64,000 nucleotides of DNA from IMG/VR virus record IMGVR_UViG_3300042874_000443, positions 1-64,000 of that record; one strand, 5' to 3'. Under the pieces are notes generated by a model, which saw nothing but the letters and a program-made list of their open reading frames with translations, did no database searches and was not told where the DNA came from. Source of the stretch: a virus. This document shows, in pieces, positions 43,836 to 53,734 of this stretch. Numbering within the stretch: position 1 is the first letter of the stretch; every line of letters starts with the position of its first letter. The position numbers were made by a program, and so were the translations under genes.

Positions 43836-44597
43836 TCAGACGTCGGTGGGCTGGAGGCTCTTGTTGTCGTTCGCCTCGATGGACGCTTGGTCGTTGTCGA
43901 TGAAGCCGAGGATGGCGTCGATCGACGTTGCCGTGATGCCGCCACCGCCCTGTGCATTCGGGCGCAGGCCGGGCTTCGTCAGGCTGCCGAACGGTAGGAG
44001 ACGATCCGACATACCCGAGACGTTCTCGAGCACGAGGTTCTGTCCGGCGTTCCAGCCGATGGCGTACGACGTGATCATCGACAGTTCGGCGTAGAAGCCG
44101 CCGCAGAAGCCGTGCGTCTTGTCGCGGAACACGCAGCCCATCCCGAACGGGATCAGGAACAGCTCGGAGTCGAGGTTGATGAAGTACTTCTTGCTGCCCG
44201 GGTCGGCGTCCGTCGCTTGATCGTCGAACTGCGCGGGGTCGATGCCGCCGGAGACCGCGTTGTGATAGAGGACGCGGAGCAGGTTGCGTCCGTTCACGAA
44301 CAGACGTCCCATCGTCCACTGCGTCTGCGCCTTGCCGCTGACGTAGAACGAGCGGCCCGAGCCGATCGCCATCATCGGCTGCGTCGGCTTGGTCTGTGTG
44401 AAGTTGACCGCCTGCAGCATCCCGATGGGAAGCAGGTTCGCTGCACCCTGCGAGAGGTTCTGGCGACGTGCGGGGCCGGCGAGCACGAGCGTGTCGTCCG
44501 GATGCGCTGCGGTGTACGCAGCGTTGTCCATCACGCGCTCGACGTAGCTCTGCTGGAACGCCCAGGTATCGAATCCTTGAACTACGCCGAGTGCCAT
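43836..44597 (-). CDS. Tail tube protein
   Basis: PIGMLQ..NFTQ.K..QPMMAIGSGRSFYV; position downstream of the sheath gene. Confidence 0.6.
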   Translation of the reverse strand: MALGVVQGFDTWAFQQSYVERVMDNAAYTAAHPDDTLVLAGPARRQNLSQGAANLLPIGMLQAVNFTQTKPTQPMMAIGSGRSFYVSGKAQTQWTMGRLFVNGRNLLRVLYHNAVSGGIDPAQFDDQATDADPGSKKYFINLDSELFLIPFGMGCVFRDKTHGFCGGFYAELSMITSYAIGWNAGQNLVLENVSGMSDRLLPFGSLTKPGLRPNAQGGGGITATSIDAILGFIDNDQASIEANDNKSLQPTDV

Positions 44598-44608
44598 AAC
44601 GTTCTCCT

Positions 44609-45538
44609 TCAGGCTTTCATATAGCGCAGGCCTTTGGTGGCTCCAATTGTGCCACCAACGGACGCGAGAAGATCGGGGAGTGACATGCCGACGCCCGGCA
44701 CGGTGATGTGACGGCCGAGAAGCTTTTCGAGGCCCATGCCTCCGAGCGCACCGAGGCCGCCGCCGAGAAGGCCGCCGCCGGCCATACCGCCGAACGTGCG
44801 CGCGGCAGCGCCGGGACCGTGCTTGACGCCCTGTTCTACGACGCTGTAGCCGGGGATCTCTCCCTTCAGGATGTCGCTCACAGGCTCACGTTCGACGTGC
44901 TCGCTCTGTTTCAGCGTCGGCTGCAGCATCTGTGCGCCTTGCAGTGCCCAGGGTGGGATGTCTTGGGACGTTGCGTCAAGCGCGTACGGCGCTCCTGGTG
45001 GCACAGAGGGCGCCGCCGTTTCTTCCGCTTTTTCGCCGAGAAGCTTGCCGGCCGTGCCCATCGTGAGAGTGCCGAGGAGGGCGCCTAGCTCGGGGTTGTT
45101 GAGGTAGCGGCGCCCCAGGTTGAATCCGGCGTAGCCGCCGATCGCGGGACCCGCTACCGCGGGAAAAACGGACGAGAGGCTGCCGCCCTTGAAGATGCTC
45201 GTCAAACGCGACAGGCGGTCCATCACACCCGGCGAAGAAGGTGCCGGTGCGGAGGGCGCGGCTTGGCGCGCAGCCATTGCGCGTTCGATGTCGCTCATAC
45301 GTTGCGTCAGCTCGCCGCCTTGCTGTTCGATGAGATTGGCGCGTTGTCCGAGACGCCCGTGGAGGGCACCTGCACCAGCGCCCATTGCGACGTCGCGTAG
45401 TGGGTGATCGTCACCGCTGACGAGACTCGTGAGTCCACCGAGCGCTCCACCCGCAAGCGCTCCGCCCAGTGGAGAGTTCGTCAGCAACTTGCTGACGTCC
45501 ACAGGCAGCGCAGCGATCTTGAAGCGTTCGACGGTCAT
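44609..45538 (-). CDS. Glycine-zipper internal/ejection-like protein
   Basis: Multiple GxxxGxxxG helices; MTVERFKIA. Confidence 0.55.
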   Translation of the reverse strand: MTVERFKIAALPVDVSKLLTNSPLGGALAGGALGGLTSLVSGDDHPLRDVAMGAGAGALHGRLGQRANLIEQQGGELTQRMSDIERAMAARQAAPSAPAPSSPGVMDRLSRLTSIFKGGSLSSVFPAVAGPAIGGYAGFNLGRRYLNNPELGALLGTLTMGTAGKLLGEKAEETAAPSVPPGAPYALDATSQDIPPWALQGAQMLQPTLKQSEHVEREPVSDILKGEIPGYSVVEQGVKHGPGAAARTFGGMAGGGLLGGGLGALGGMGLEKLLGRHITVPGVGMSLPDLLASVGGTIGATKGLRYMKA

Positions 45539-46548
45539 CAGTTCATCATCTGCTGCTGCTGCGGCTGTTGCTGTTGCGGCATCATCTTCTGACCCAGCGC
45601 ACCGCCGGCCATCGAGCCGACCATGTCAGTGGCGGCGCCGCCGATGCCGCCGGTCATCTTCGGAAGCGCCTTGCCCGCCACCCCTTGCAGCATCTTGCCG
45701 CCAGCGCCGCGTGCGAGCGCGCCCGCGCCTGCGCGAAGGGCGGTTCCACCGAGTAGTGCGCCTACGAGTGGAAGGATCGCCTCTTTGATCTGGAACGCAG
45801 CCGCAGCCGCCTTGATGCCGAGGTTGTAGTTCTCCTCGAGTCCTGCTGCCTTTGCAGCGAACGGCGACGTCGCGTGCATGCGATCGAGCGCCGCTTGTGG
45901 AAGCGGCGGCGGACCCTTCGGCCCCTTTGCGGCCGCCGGGATCGGTGGCGGCTTTGTCGGACGACCGCCGCCCATCACTGATGCAGCAGCAGCCGCGGGT
46001 GACATGGGGCCGCCGGCACCGCCGAAGATGGCGGCCTTCTCGCTGAGGCCGAATGCTGCGAGCGCTGCGTGCTTGCCGCGCAAACGATCGATCGTGCTGC
46101 GGTCGTCTTTGCCGCCGAGATGACCACCGATCGCAGCGCCGCCCACGCCACCGATCTGTTTGCCGAGATTCGCGCCCGCCTCTGGATTCATGTGAAGGGC
46201 CTGCGCGAGTAGGCTGCCGAGACCTCCCCCTGCGAAGCCGCCAACCGAGTGCCCGATGCCGGCGTCGATGGCTGCGTCGAGACCGCGCCCGGGATCGGCG
46301 CCAAGACCTGCACCGATCGCAGCGCCCGCCTGTCCGCTCAGCGGACCGAGCGCACCTGCTTGACCCATGCCGGACCCCAGACCGCCGATGAGCGCACCCA
46401 TCCCGCCCTGGTTCGCGAGCTTCTCCTCGTGCCCTCGGGGCTCACGTTCCACGATGATGTTGACGCCAGGACCGCCGTGCTCGCGCGTGTTCCTCTCGGC
46501 GCCCTTGACGAGATCCGCGATGAACTTGTCGAAGAAGCTATCGGACAC
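45538..46548 (-). CDS. Glycine-zipper polyprotein-like internal protein
   Basis: EKLA, EKAA, KEA sites; two internal AAxxxF targeting-like motifs. Confidence 0.55.
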   Translation of the reverse strand: MSDSFFDKFIADLVKGAERNTREHGGPGVNIIVEREPRGHEEKLANQGGMGALIGGLGSGMGQAGALGPLSGQAGAAIGAGLGADPGRGLDAAIDAGIGHSVGGFAGGGLGSLLAQALHMNPEAGANLGKQIGGVGGAAIGGHLGGKDDRSTIDRLRGKHAALAAFGLSEKAAIFGGAGGPMSPAAAAASVMGGGRPTKPPPIPAAAKGPKGPPPLPQAALDRMHATSPFAAKAAGLEENYNLGIKAAAAAFQIKEAILPLVGALLGGTALRAGAGALARGAGGKMLQGVAGKALPKMTGGIGGAATDMVGSMAGGALGQKMMPQQQQPQQQQMMN

Positions 46549-46558
46549 GCGGGACTCC

Positions 46559-48916
46559 TTACGCGACGAGGTGCAGTTCGATGACGTTGAGCGGCTTCGG
46601 CAGGCCGATCGCGCAGTAGATGAGCACGCGGTCGCCTGACGTCGGCGAGACGTCGAGGCTCGTGATCTCGAACGACGTCAGCGGCGCACCGATCTTGGCG
46701 ACCGTGCGCAGAAGCAGCAACTGCGACCCCGTGATAAGAGCACCGTGGAGCTGCGTCAGCGTGTCGACGGTGACGTTGTACTGGCCGAGGAAGTCTTCGA
46801 GGATGTCGACGAAGAACAGCGACACGAAGTCGAAGTTCTTGACGACCGAGAACTCCCCCGACTCGAGCGTCGACGGGTCGGTGGTGAGCTGGTGGATCGT
46901 GTACGGCAGCGACGTTGTCGTCTGCTGCGCGAACACGTACCAGCCACCGTTCGAGATGTCGGTGAGCTGGCTGTCGGTGAAGTACGTGTTCGAGTTGAAG
47001 ATCTGGCTGACACCGGCGATGCCGATGTTGGTGAACCCCTGCTGCGACGGAAGGCCCGCCGTCATGCCGCCGACCGCACACGCCAGGTAGAACCCAGGCT
47101 GGTTGTCGCCGTCGGTCACGCCCGCGACGTCGCAACGATCCGGCCACACGAGGATCGTGCGCTTGGAGTTGAACGACTGTGCGACCGCGACCAGGTCCGT
47201 CACCTGCTGGCTCTTCGAGAGCGTGCGAACGATCTGGAAGTTGATCGTAGTGAGGCCGACGAGAGCGCCGCCAATGCGCTTCACGCCGTGGGGCAGCTCG
47301 TTCATGACCGTCGAGCTGTCCTGGCCGTTGTTCACGATCTGCAGGCGCTGGTCACTGATGACGTTGTTCACGACAAGCGTCGTGAATACCGTCGCATCCG
47401 TGATCGTGGCGTTGGGGTCGACGGGGATCTGGATCAGGTCACCCGCAGCGACGCCGCTCGCGACGAACGTCCCGCTCGGGTCCTTCAGGATGAGGTAGAG
47501 GTCGTCGCCCGCGGCTGTCGTCGTACCGACGAGAGGTGCCGATGCGATGCGCACGGTGACACCATCCGCCTCGAGAATCGCGCAGGTGATGTCAACGGCG
47601 CCTGCGCTCGCGAACGGCGTCGCCGTGTCGACTTCGAGAATCGCAGCCGTGGCCACCGACGCGATCGGATAGTCGCCGAGCGCGACCACACCCGCTGCAC
47701 TGGTCACGGTGACACGCAAGATGTCACTCGGGATCACGCCGTTGGTGATGAGGCTCGCGATGCCCGTGAGCGTGATGCGGACGATCGCGGTTGGCGCAGT
47801 GCCGGCAACCTGGATTGATTCACCCGTTGCCGATGGTTCGATGATCGTCTTGGTGATGGGCAGCGTGCCGTTGCCGATGACGACACGGAAGCGCTGCGGA
47901 CGGCCGTGCACGTCGTCAGGCAGTGCAAGCCCGACGCAGTCCGAGTTCCACATCGCGAAGATCGGGATGTCGGTCGTCAGCGGGATGATGGCGTAGATGT
48001 CCGGGCGCGCGGAGATGAGGTCACGCACTTGCGTGTGCCCCACCAGGTCATCTGACAGCACGCCGATGAACTGCACGACTGAGGTCGTGTTTTGGAGCGC
48101 CACGAACGCACCCGCGGCGAGCGGGTTGCGCGCGTCGATGCGCCCGATCTTCGAGAGGATCTCGTCCGTGGATTCGATCGTGTCGAGATCCACGAGGTCC
48201 TGACGGAGCGAGATGTACTGCTCGTAGACCACCGCGTACGACACCACGTGGGTGCCCTGGTTGGTGACCGGCAACGTCACACCGCCCGAGATTCGGGTGA
48301 TGTTTCCGTTGGTGGTGACGAACGACGAATCGATCTGGACGTCGTTGATCTGACGCTCGATGCGGAACACCTGCGCGATGCCCGGAACGAACAGGCCGCC
48401 GGTGACGTCCGAGGTCACCGTGAGCTGTGTGTCCGACACGACGGAGGCGACCGTGCGCGAGATGAAGTTCACGCCGTCCGAGATCGTGATGCGGTCGCCT
48501 GGCAGCACGCGCGTGTTGCCGGTGTTCCACAGCGCGGTTGCCGAATCGATCACGTTCGGCGTGGCGACGGTGGTGACGCCGTCTGCGCCGCTTGCGATGA
48601 TCACGCGCGCGTTGTCGAAGAAGATCGCGACACTGTCACCGTCGAGCAGGGCTCCCACCTCGTTGTTGGGGGGCTCCGCCACGACGATGTAGTTCGGCCC
48701 CACGGGAGTTGCCGTTGCCGGGTTCCCTTCGAGCACGCCGTAGGGCGTCGCCACCAGGATGTCGGCCTTGTCGGCGTAGTCCGTGGTTCCAGGTTCGAAG
48801 TAGTCCTGGATGTGGAAGGCCGGGCCCACCACGAGGCAGTTGAGATCCGGGGACGTCGGCGTAACCGTCGGCGTGGCCAGGTCCTGGTAAACAAGTACGA
48901 CCGGTCGAATGGCCAT
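46559..48916 (-). CDS. Tail sheath protein
   Basis: 785 aa; MAIRP.V.VYQ start; YLACAVGG, FTDSQL..I..GG, HQLTTD, EFSVVKNFDF, PLNVIELHL C-terminus. Confidence 0.8.
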   Translation of the reverse strand: MAIRPVVLVYQDLATPTVTPTSPDLNCLVVGPAFHIQDYFEPGTTDYADKADILVATPYGVLEGNPATATPVGPNYIVVAEPPNNEVGALLDGDSVAIFFDNARVIIASGADGVTTVATPNVIDSATALWNTGNTRVLPGDRITISDGVNFISRTVASVVSDTQLTVTSDVTGGLFVPGIAQVFRIERQINDVQIDSSFVTTNGNITRISGGVTLPVTNQGTHVVSYAVVYEQYISLRQDLVDLDTIESTDEILSKIGRIDARNPLAAGAFVALQNTTSVVQFIGVLSDDLVGHTQVRDLISARPDIYAIIPLTTDIPIFAMWNSDCVGLALPDDVHGRPQRFRVVIGNGTLPITKTIIEPSATGESIQVAGTAPTAIVRITLTGIASLITNGVIPSDILRVTVTSAAGVVALGDYPIASVATAAILEVDTATPFASAGAVDITCAILEADGVTVRIASAPLVGTTTAAGDDLYLILKDPSGTFVASGVAAGDLIQIPVDPNATITDATVFTTLVVNNVISDQRLQIVNNGQDSSTVMNELPHGVKRIGGALVGLTTINFQIVRTLSKSQQVTDLVAVAQSFNSKRTILVWPDRCDVAGVTDGDNQPGFYLACAVGGMTAGLPSQQGFTNIGIAGVSQIFNSNTYFTDSQLTDISNGGWYVFAQQTTTSLPYTIHQLTTDPSTLESGEFSVVKNFDFVSLFFVDILEDFLGQYNVTVDTLTQLHGALITGSQLLLLRTVAKIGAPLTSFEITSLDVSPTSGDRVLIYCAIGLPKPLNVIELHLVA

Positions 48917-48987
48917 GGGTCAGTTCTCCGAGTCCATAGGGTTGCGGAAATTATAGGGTGTTGGGCCAAGTTTCGCGACGAGAGCTG

Positions 48988-49695
48988 TCACTTCGGTTGG
49001 TCCTGCCAAGACAGGGCAACGCTCTCGAAGAACTCGGTGGCCGACTCGACCCCCGAGCGTACGATGTCCAGCTCCAGCTCGCGGAGCAGTGGTGCCGTCG
49101 GTGCGTTGGTCCAGCGGAGCGGAACTTGTACGACGAAGGTCACCGACGTCGTCCACTGGTCCTTGTCGCGCTGCGACGGCTGCGTGCGACTCACGGTGAT
49201 CGGCGTCATGTCGTGAAAGCCGAACTTGGCCTGGATGAGGTCGCTCGAGGCCTGCAGAAAAACGCCCACGATGTCACCGAGCGATGCGCTCTCTGCACGC
49301 TTGCCCGTCACACACTCGATGAGGATCGGGATGGACTGCAGGTTCCAGAAGCCTTCGAGCCCCGTCTTGAGGTTCAAGCCTGCACGGTCTCCCAGCACGA
49401 CACGACCCATGGTTTGGTCATCACAGTCCACGTAGACGGCGGGACGGAAATTCCGGTGGGTCTTGTCTTCGTTGAAAGCACTCTCGACTGCCAGCTTTGT
49501 CTTCTTGATGTCCGAATTCCATCGCCACTGGAAATCCTCAGGGACGATACGATTCCCAAACCTGCGTCTGATGATCTCAACGAACACCCCAAGCACCGCC
49601 AGCTTCGACCCTGGTCGGATGCTGTCGGGTTGCGTTTCTTCCGGCGAAGGTTGGTTCTTCGGGTCCGGAACGTATGAGGGATAGTTGTCCGCCAT
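48988..49695 (-). CDS. Tail completion/terminator-like protein
   Basis: Position before sheath; FRPAVYV motif. Confidence 0.5.
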   Translation of the reverse strand: MADNYPSYVPDPKNQPSPEETQPDSIRPGSKLAVLGVFVEIIRRRFGNRIVPEDFQWRWNSDIKKTKLAVESAFNEDKTHRNFRPAVYVDCDDQTMGRVVLGDRAGLNLKTGLEGFWNLQSIPILIECVTGKRAESASLGDIVGVFLQASSDLIQAKFGFHDMTPITVSRTQPSQRDKDQWTTSVTFVVQVPLRWTNAPTAPLLRELELDIVRSGVESATEFFESVALSWQDQPK

Positions 49696-49698
49696 GAC

Positions 49699-50541
49699 TC
49701 AGTACAGTTGCGGCGTTGTAGCAGGGTCCACGAGAAGCTTGTATTCGACAGAGTTACGGCCTAGCAACGAAGTAGATAGTTTCTGATGTACGGTGACGCT
49801 CTTCAGCTCCGTGTGATGAACACGTTGAACCTGATAGCGGTCATTACGTACCAGGTCGACCACGATGTCCTTGTACTCGACAAGTGGGTAGTCCAGGATG
49901 TTGAAGTCCGCGAGTCGAACATCACTGTCGCCATGCGCCATGATGTTCGTTTCAACGGTTGCGGCTTCACGCCTTCCACGGATGAGTGTCGGCGTCCAAT
50001 ACCCGCCCACGAACGATGTGCCGAAGCAGACCAGACAATGCTCGAGAGTCGACTCCTTGTTCACAGGGTCGTAGCACTCGGGACAACGGTCGCCCCAACG
50101 GCGGCGCTTGAGCAAGATGAGCGGGATGCCGTTGAGGTTCTTGTAGCCGACCGCCTGGTCGTGAAGGATCTTGCGTTTGAACAGACGCGTCCGTCTGTCG
50201 AGGCCGGGCTCCACAGGTTCCGGATGACTGTGGAACTCGTTTGCGGAACCCGACGGGGGTGTGACCGTGACCTGGTAGTAGATCACGCGCGCGAGTGAGA
50301 ACAGGTTGACGCCTTCACGTCCCGCGTTGCGGGGGTCCGCGGGAGGCAAGTTGAATTGATCGTCGACGAAGTTGTATGCGTCACGTAGTCCTGTTGCGAT
50401 CGATTCCCAAGGACCGTCTGGACCTTGCGCACGTGCGATGTCGACGAAGAACGACCCGCTCTCCTCTGATTCAACGTCCCACTGCACGAACACGGCGGTC
50501 GGGAACAACGCGGTGGTCCGCGTGATGTGGACGTCAGCCAA
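49699..50541 (-). CDS. Neck / head-closure protein
   Basis: RCPECYD...CLVCFGTSFVGGY; position between head and tail genes. Confidence 0.5.
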   Translation of the reverse strand: MADVHITRTTALFPTAVFVQWDVESEESGSFFVDIARAQGPDGPWESIATGLRDAYNFVDDQFNLPPADPRNAGREGVNLFSLARVIYYQVTVTPPSGSANEFHSHPEPVEPGLDRRTRLFKRKILHDQAVGYKNLNGIPLILLKRRRWGDRCPECYDPVNKESTLEHCLVCFGTSFVGGYWTPTLIRGRREAATVETNIMAHGDSDVRLADFNILDYPLVEYKDIVVDLVRNDRYQVQRVHHTELKSVTVHQKLSTSLLGRNSVEYKLLVDPATTPQLY

Positions 50542-51325
50542 GAGCCGCCGGCCCCGGCTCAGGATCGCCGAAACCGCCCCCGATGTTGGTTGTGTCGACG
50601 GGGTTATCGAACTCGCGGAACATGCGATCGATGCGTTGCTCGCCTTCAGCGCCCCAGCCGACAGGGGGCGACAGGCGCGTGCGGCGTTCTTCGTACGGGT
50701 TCACTGTCGGACCGCGCTGCTCGTGCATCGAGTGGCCTTCGGAACCGGGGAGCATGAAGTCGGCGAGCTTGCGCGCGACCTTGTGTAGTCCGCCCGTCAT
50801 CCGCCCCGGCTCATCAGCGCTGTTGCGAATGCCTTGGTGGCGGAACAGATCCGCGAACGCGGACCCCGCTTGTTCGTCTGCAGGGCGTCCATCACGCGTG
50901 CGTGCGAGCGCGGAGTCCGCCGTCGTTGCCGAGTGGTAGTGCGGGCTCGTCGACGGGTTGTTCTGTTGCGACGGATCGCCGCCCAGCATGCCCATGTTGA
51001 AGTCCGCGGCCTTCACGGGAATCGTGCGCGGCTTGTCGCACGGACCGTAGTGCTTCGTCTTGCGACACGTCGTGCACATGTCTTCGGCCGACAGCTTTCG
51101 GATGGGTTCCGAACGCGACTGTCCCTGCTCGTGCGCACTGAAGATCTGCGCGACCTGCTGTGGATCGGTCGGCGCCGACAGGTTCTGCTGCGCGGTTTGC
51201 GACAGCGTGGGCGATGTCGGCTGCGTGATGGTCGCGACGTTCGGATTCGTGGGCGCGGGAAACCCCAGCTTGTAGCGCGCGAGCGCCGCGAGCTGTCCGT
51301 CTGCGTATGACAACTCGAGGGTCAT
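50534..51325 (-). CDS. Putative internal head protein (targeting-motif family)
   Basis: LELSYADGQLAALARYKL; KAADF, KLADF, IDRMF. Confidence 0.6.
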   Translation of the reverse strand: MTLELSYADGQLAALARYKLGFPAPTNPNVATITQPTSPTLSQTAQQNLSAPTDPQQVAQIFSAHEQGQSRSEPIRKLSAEDMCTTCRKTKHYGPCDKPRTIPVKAADFNMGMLGGDPSQQNNPSTSPHYHSATTADSALARTRDGRPADEQAGSAFADLFRHQGIRNSADEPGRMTGGLHKVARKLADFMLPGSEGHSMHEQRGPTVNPYEERRTRLSPPVGWGAEGEQRIDRMFREFDNPVDTTNIGGGFGDPEPGPAALG

Positions 51326-51726
51326 GGCGCGACAACATCCCCTGGGAGCGGCATGCTGCTCGTCGCGTAGTCGTCGTCGTTTCGTTGAAACGCTCGGTCG
51401 ATCACGCTGCGTTGCCGACGTCCTGTGTCTTCAGGTTCCCCAGCTTGCGCGCCTGCTCCGTCGGTGGAGGTCGAAGCACCCATCCCAACGTTGGACGCCT
51501 TCTTGAGCTTGGGAACGAAGTCGTAGTCGCTCTCGACCTTGTTCGCACCGAGCGGCGACGGCACACTGGGCGGCGGGATTGGAGGCAAGTCGCTCGCCTT
51601 CGGCAACTGAATCCCAACGGACTTGAAGCCCGGCTGCTTGAAGCCGCCCTCCGCTGTTTTCACCACGCCGAAGGCCGCGAGCGCTGCGCGCCCGCCCTCG
51701 ACAGCTCTCTGGCGCAACAGCGACAT
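51322..51726 (-). CDS. Putative internal head protein (targeting-motif family)
   Basis: RAVEGGRAALAAFGVVKTA; IDRAF. Confidence 0.6.
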   Translation of the reverse strand: MSLLRQRAVEGGRAALAAFGVVKTAEGGFKQPGFKSVGIQLPKASDLPPIPPPSVPSPLGANKVESDYDFVPKLKKASNVGMGASTSTDGAGAQAGEPEDTGRRQRSVIDRAFQRNDDDYATSSMPLPGDVVAP

Positions 51727-51736
51727 GGGGTGGTTG

Positions 51737-51913
51737 TTACTTCTGCGGCGTGCGGAACAGGCTGTTGAGCGGGTTCGCGGCGACCTTCGGTGCTTCGATG
51801 AGGCCGAGCGCTTCGGCTTCCTTGCGGACTTCTTCGGCGGTCTTGTAGCCAGCGCGCGCGAGGGCCTGCTGGACGCCGTACTCGTGCGCGGTCTTCAGGT
51901 GGGTGTTCGACAT
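51737..51913 (-). CDS. Small internal head protein (58 aa; not in ORF track)
   Basis: MSNTHLKTAHEYGVQQALARAGYKTAEEVRKEA; leaderless TATAAT. Confidence 0.65.
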   Translation of the reverse strand: MSNTHLKTAHEYGVQQALARAGYKTAEEVRKEAEALGLIEAPKVAANPLNSLFRTPQK

Positions 51914-51934
51914 GGTTGAATTATAGGGCGAATT

Positions 51935-52222
51935 TCACCCAATGACTTCTTGTCCGAACGTTCCATCTGCACGACCGGGCGCGATCTGGTCGTACGTCGT
52001 GAAGTGGTCCCACAACCAGTCCGGCATGTTGGCGCGCGCTGCGCCCGCTGATGCCGCCGAGGCGCCATCCCCCGGTGTTTCACGACGGGCGTATGGAATA
52101 CGGTCGGTTCCGTGGCTGACCTCGTCGCCCTTGGGTGCAACGCCGGCGTCCGCGCCCATCGCGTTGGCGAACTTCGCGAAGGCCGCACGCGTACCGCGCG
52201 CGTATGCGGCGCGTAACGTCAT
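51935..52222 (-). CDS. Putative internal head protein (targeting-motif family)
   Basis: MTLRAAYARGTRAAFAKFAN. Confidence 0.6.
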   Translation of the reverse strand: MTLRAAYARGTRAAFAKFANAMGADAGVAPKGDEVSHGTDRIPYARRETPGDGASAASAGAARANMPDWLWDHFTTYDQIAPGRADGTFGQEVIG

Positions 52223-52698
52223 GAGTGATTGAACCTCGAGACGTTCCGGTAGCCGGAGCTGAGCGTTGCGTACGCAGCTTCCATGTTGTTCTGTGTCTTC
52301 ACACCACGCGTCAGCTCATCCCATTCGGCCTTGAGCTGTTGTGCGAGCTGCGAATAGAGCTGCGCCTTGTCCGAGATTCCGATGGGCGCGATGTCGCCGT
52401 CTTGAACGGTTGCTTGATTGCGCGCTTGCATGAACGATTCGCTCATGAGCAGGAAGCGCGTGGTGCCGATCAGCAACAGATACCGTAGCTGTGGCGGGAA
52501 GTTTGACGGCGTGAAGTTCGTCTGTGGCGTCACCGTATTGAACGCACTCGCAGCCATTTCGAGCGCCAGGTTCAATTCGACATCCGTGAACTGCACGTCA
52601 TCCAGCAGGATGTTGTTGTTCGCGTAATCACGCATGAACATGCGGACCTGGTCTTTGGAGACCACCGTCGGTGTTGTTGGTGTACCGACGATCGGCAT
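52219..52698 (-). CDS. Head-tail adaptor
   Basis: VRMFMRD...FTDVELNLAL; position after capsid genes. Confidence 0.55.
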   Translation of the reverse strand: MPIVGTPTTPTVVSKDQVRMFMRDYANNNILLDDVQFTDVELNLALEMAASAFNTVTPQTNFTPSNFPPQLRYLLLIGTTRFLLMSESFMQARNQATVQDGDIAPIGISDKAQLYSQLAQQLKAEWDELTRGVKTQNNMEAAYATLSSGYRNVSRFNHS

Positions 52699-53204
52699 CA
52701 GCGCACGTACGTCTTCTCGAGGCTCGCGACGACCTGCGCGATCTGCGCGGCACCCGAAGCGGTGGTGACGATACGGATCGCTTGATACGGCAGGAGGATG
52801 GTCTTGAACCGTGCTTCGTCGAGCGCGATGAAGCGGACGCCGGTGGCTTGTTCGATGATGATCGCTTCCCCTGCTAGGATTGCAGGTAGGTCATCGTTGA
52901 TCGTCGCCGGGTTGAGGTTCACGAGCGATACAGTGATGTCGCCGGCTGCTCCCAGGTCGACATGGATCTGACTACAGACCAGCGACTCGACGTTGTTCCA
53001 GAAGAACAGTCCGCCGCCACTCGCTGCGAGAGACGCGTACTTGTAGCAACTGTTGCCGGGCTGCAGCGGACTGTCCGCACGCACGGCGCCCAGCTGCGGC
53101 AGCGCGCCCGTGAACGTCTGTCCGGCCGCGACCTGCTGCTGGATCGCCGTCGAGATGGACTGCGCAACACGCGACGTGACCGGAGTGATCGACGGGGAAG
53201 CCAT
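52698..53204 (-). CDS. Virion structural protein
   Basis: TACAAT promoter upstream; in head cluster. Confidence 0.5.
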   Translation of the reverse strand: MASPSITPVTSRVAQSISTAIQQQVAAGQTFTGALPQLGAVRADSPLQPGNSCYKYASLAASGGGLFFWNNVESLVCSQIHVDLGAAGDITVSLVNLNPATINDDLPAILAGEAIIIEQATGVRFIALDEARFKTILLPYQAIRIVTTASGAAQIAQVVASLEKTYVR

Positions 53205-53232
53205 GGGATGCCTCTATTGTAGGGGTGGGCGC

Positions 53233-53637
53233 TTACTTGCGCGAGCGCTTGACCGGCGGCTCGGGCATCGGAGGAGGCTCCGACGCTGCTTCGGGCTCGG
53301 GCTCCTTGGTGCGCTCGACGAGCGTTTCGACCTCGGCAGGCGGCATCACCTGCGTGGCCTCGGGCGTGACCGCAACAGGCGCGGGCGGTGCGGGCGGCGG
53401 CGGGGGTGCAACGACCGCAGCCTTGGGCGCTGCGACGGCGCCAACCGCGGTCACGCTGACCCAGTTCGCCTTCTTCACGCGTTCGACGATCTCGTGCTCC
53501 GCGGTCTCGGCGGAGATCGTCTTGCTGGCGCCTTGGCTTCCTGCAGGATGCAGAACGAGCGCTACGCCGTTCTCGTCTTGCAGGGGTGACAGCGAAAGGA
53601 TGCTGCCCTGCTTGTTCGTGATCGTGAAGTTCGACAT
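53233..53637 (-). CDS. Head-associated protein with Pro/Glu-rich tail
   Basis: AGGAG RBS; follows MCP. Confidence 0.6.
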   Translation of the reverse strand: MSNFTITNKQGSILSLSPLQDENGVALVLHPAGSQGASKTISAETAEHEIVERVKKANWVSVTAVGAVAAPKAAVVAPPPPPAPPAPVAVTPEATQVMPPAEVETLVERTKEPEPEAASEPPPMPEPPVKRSRK

Positions 53638-53664
53638 GGGTGTCTCCTGTTGCTGAAACGACGA

Positions 53665-53707
53665 AGGCCTTCTTCCTGTGTCCCCAAGCAAGGGAGGAAG
53701 AAGGCCT
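53665..53707 (-). terminator. Stem-loop after the major capsid gene
   Basis: 13-bp stem AGGCCTTCTTCCT/AGGAAGAAGGCCT with a weak T-tail. Confidence 0.55.
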
Positions 53708-53734
53708 CAGCCTACCCTGGGGCAGGGGCGAAGA

